Source: Octopus sinensis
Lineage: Eukaryota
Reading direction: 5' to 3'
Assembly: GCF_006345805.1 (NCBI RefSeq)
Contig: NC_043025.1
Span: 5,270,001 to 5,334,000, forward strand
Length of the DNA stretch: 64,000 nt
The translations under genes were made by a program, and so were the position numbers. Positions 62,480 to 64,000 of the stretch are shown here, piece by piece (positions within the stretch are counted from its first letter, which is position 1; each line of letters opens with the position of its first letter). The notes below the pieces were generated by a model that worked only from the letters and a program-made list of their open reading frames with translations, was not told the DNA's origin and made no database searches.

Positions 62480-62935
62480 ACGTTGGGGCAGTTTTCTCTA
62501 TGAAGGCCTTTTTTAGTTTATCCACTGATTTAGTGTCTTTATGACCATTAACCCTTTAGCATTCAGATCATTCTGTCAAATGTAAAGCCTGTTTAATTAC
62601 ATTGTTTTAAATTAATTGTACAGCATCTTGTAACTCTGAGATTTTGATGATGTCCCTGTTTAATTTTAGAATGACATTGTAGGGTAGGTGTGAGAGGTCA
62701 GAGCTGGCTGGTTTGAGCATAAAACAGGAAGGCAATTTTGGCCTGATATGGCCGGTTTAAACACTAAAGGGTTAAGGTCTATAGTGAAAAATTTACCATT
62801 GCATGAAAGGAAACGGAAAGGACCTGCATACGGTGCTGCTAACGGAGGTATAACAACATCATTGCGCACAAAAACGTGAGTCTAAGAAGTAAAGCTTCCT
62901 TCAAGGCAGAGCTAGAAATGCAATTGTCAAGGAGG
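62480..62935 (-). pseudogene. Ty3/Gypsy pol C-terminal (GPY/F module) remnant, split by a piggyBac MITE
   Basis: THVFVRNDVVIPPLAAPYAGPFRFLSCNGKFFTIDL continues across the TTAA insertion as NGHKDTKSVDKLKKAF, typical of the Gypsy integrase tail. Confidence 0.8.
62552..62771. mobile_element. piggyBac-type MITE inserted in the Gypsy remnant
   Basis: TTAA TSDs at 62548-62551 and 62772-62775; TIR CCCTTTAG. A partial related copy lies near 55926. Confidence 0.85.
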
Positions 62936-62994
62936 TAAGAAGTTTTAAACAGGAGTGATATATTCAAAATTGGTCAAAATAAAAATTGTCCAGC

Positions 62995-63262
62995 ATCGCC
63001 TTACTGGCACCTGTGCCAGTGGCATGTGTAAAAGGTTCGAGCGAGGTCATTGCCAGTACCGCCAGACTGGCCCCGTGCCGGTGGCACGTAAAAGCACCTA
63101 CTACACTCTCGAAGTGGTTGGCATTAGGAAGGGCATCCAGCTGTAGAAACACTGCCAGATCAAGACTGAAGTCTGGTGCAGCCTCCTGGTTTGCTAGCCC
63201 TCAGTCAAACCATCCAACCCATGCTATCATGGAAAGCGGACGTTAAATGATGATGATGATGA
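62995..63262 (+). mobile_element. SINE-like family D, 3' part (…GGTGGCACGTAAAAGCAC…GGCATTAGGAAGGGCATCCAGCTGTAGAAAC…(GAT)n tail)
   Basis: Other copies at 36505-36665 (+), 41630-41790 (-), 56040-56290 (-) and 57920-58075 (-). Confidence 0.75.
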
Positions 63263-63322
63263 TAAATTGAATTTATTATTGTTATTTAATTTCTGAACAG
63301 TTTTACTGCTGTTTGTTTATGT

Positions 63323-63486
63323 AGGCACAGGAGTGGCTGTGTGGTAAGTAGCTAGCTAACCAGCCACATGGTTCCGGGTTCAGTCCCACTGTGTGGCACC
63401 TTGGGCAAGTGTCTTCTGCTATAGCCCCGGACCGACCATGCCTTGTGAGTGGAATTGGTAGACAGAAACTGAAAGAAGCCTGTCGT

Positions 63487-63554
<68 letters not shown>

Positions 63555-63956
63555 AGGCACAGAGTGGCTGTGTGGTAAGTAGCTACTAACCAGCCACATG
63601 GTTCCGGGTTCAGTCCACTGCGTGGCATCTTGGGCAAGTGTCTTCTACTATAGCCCCGGGCCGACCAATGCCTTGTGAGTGGATTTGGTAGACAGAAACT
63701 GAAAGACGCCCGTCATATATATGTAAATATATATATATATGCGTGTGTGTGTTTGTGTGTCAGTGTTTGTCCCCCTAGCATTGCTTGACAACCGATGCTG
63801 GTGTGTTTACGTCCCTGTCACTTAGCGGTTCAGCAAAAGACACCGATAGAATAAGTACTGGGCTTACAAAGAATAAGTCCTGGGGTCGATTTGCTCGACT
63901 AAAGGCGGTGCTCCAGCATGGCCGCAGTCAAATGACTGAAACAAGTAAAAGAGTAA
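63323..63956 (+). mobile_element. SINE family A with duplicated head
   Basis: Heads at 63323 and about 63556. Confidence 0.9.
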
Positions 63957-64000
63957 GGGAGTAGTTTGAGAGACACGAGTAAAATTAATAATAGAGGAAC

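Overview
Repeat-dense, microsatellite-rich animal genomic DNA. The SINE families, the (TA)n/(CA)n/(GA)n load and the one recognisable exon point to an octopus or other coleoid cephalopod; this is inference and the species is not determined. The only host coding sequence I can support is a 111-nt, phase 0/0 exon at 60855-60965 (minus strand), [37 protein letters not shown]. It matches exon 2 of the CUX1/CASP (cut) N-terminal coiled coil. I found no downstream cut exon by eye, so most of the window is probably one very large intron. It contains about 5 tRNA-derived SINE families (many nested, dimeric or inverted), hAT-, piggyBac- and MULE/Merlin-type MITEs, Helentron-type elements, and mariner, Gypsy and RTE remnants. 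It also holds Penelope-like terminal-repeat fragments, two tandem tRNA-Lys(UUU)-like genes, a 60-bp 28S rRNA fragment, and a 9.2-kb 52-bp satellite that appears to have grown out of a SINE. The most interesting signals are several minimal type I hammerhead ribozyme motifs with palindromic helix III (two with a canonical core, one on the cut sense strand), the repeat architecture around exon 2, and a CpG-retaining domain at about 5-34 kb with promoter-like motifs. Nearly all ORFs in the supplied track are artefacts of microsatellites, SINEs or the satellite. Repeat boundaries were read by eye and are approximate unless TSDs or TIRs are given.
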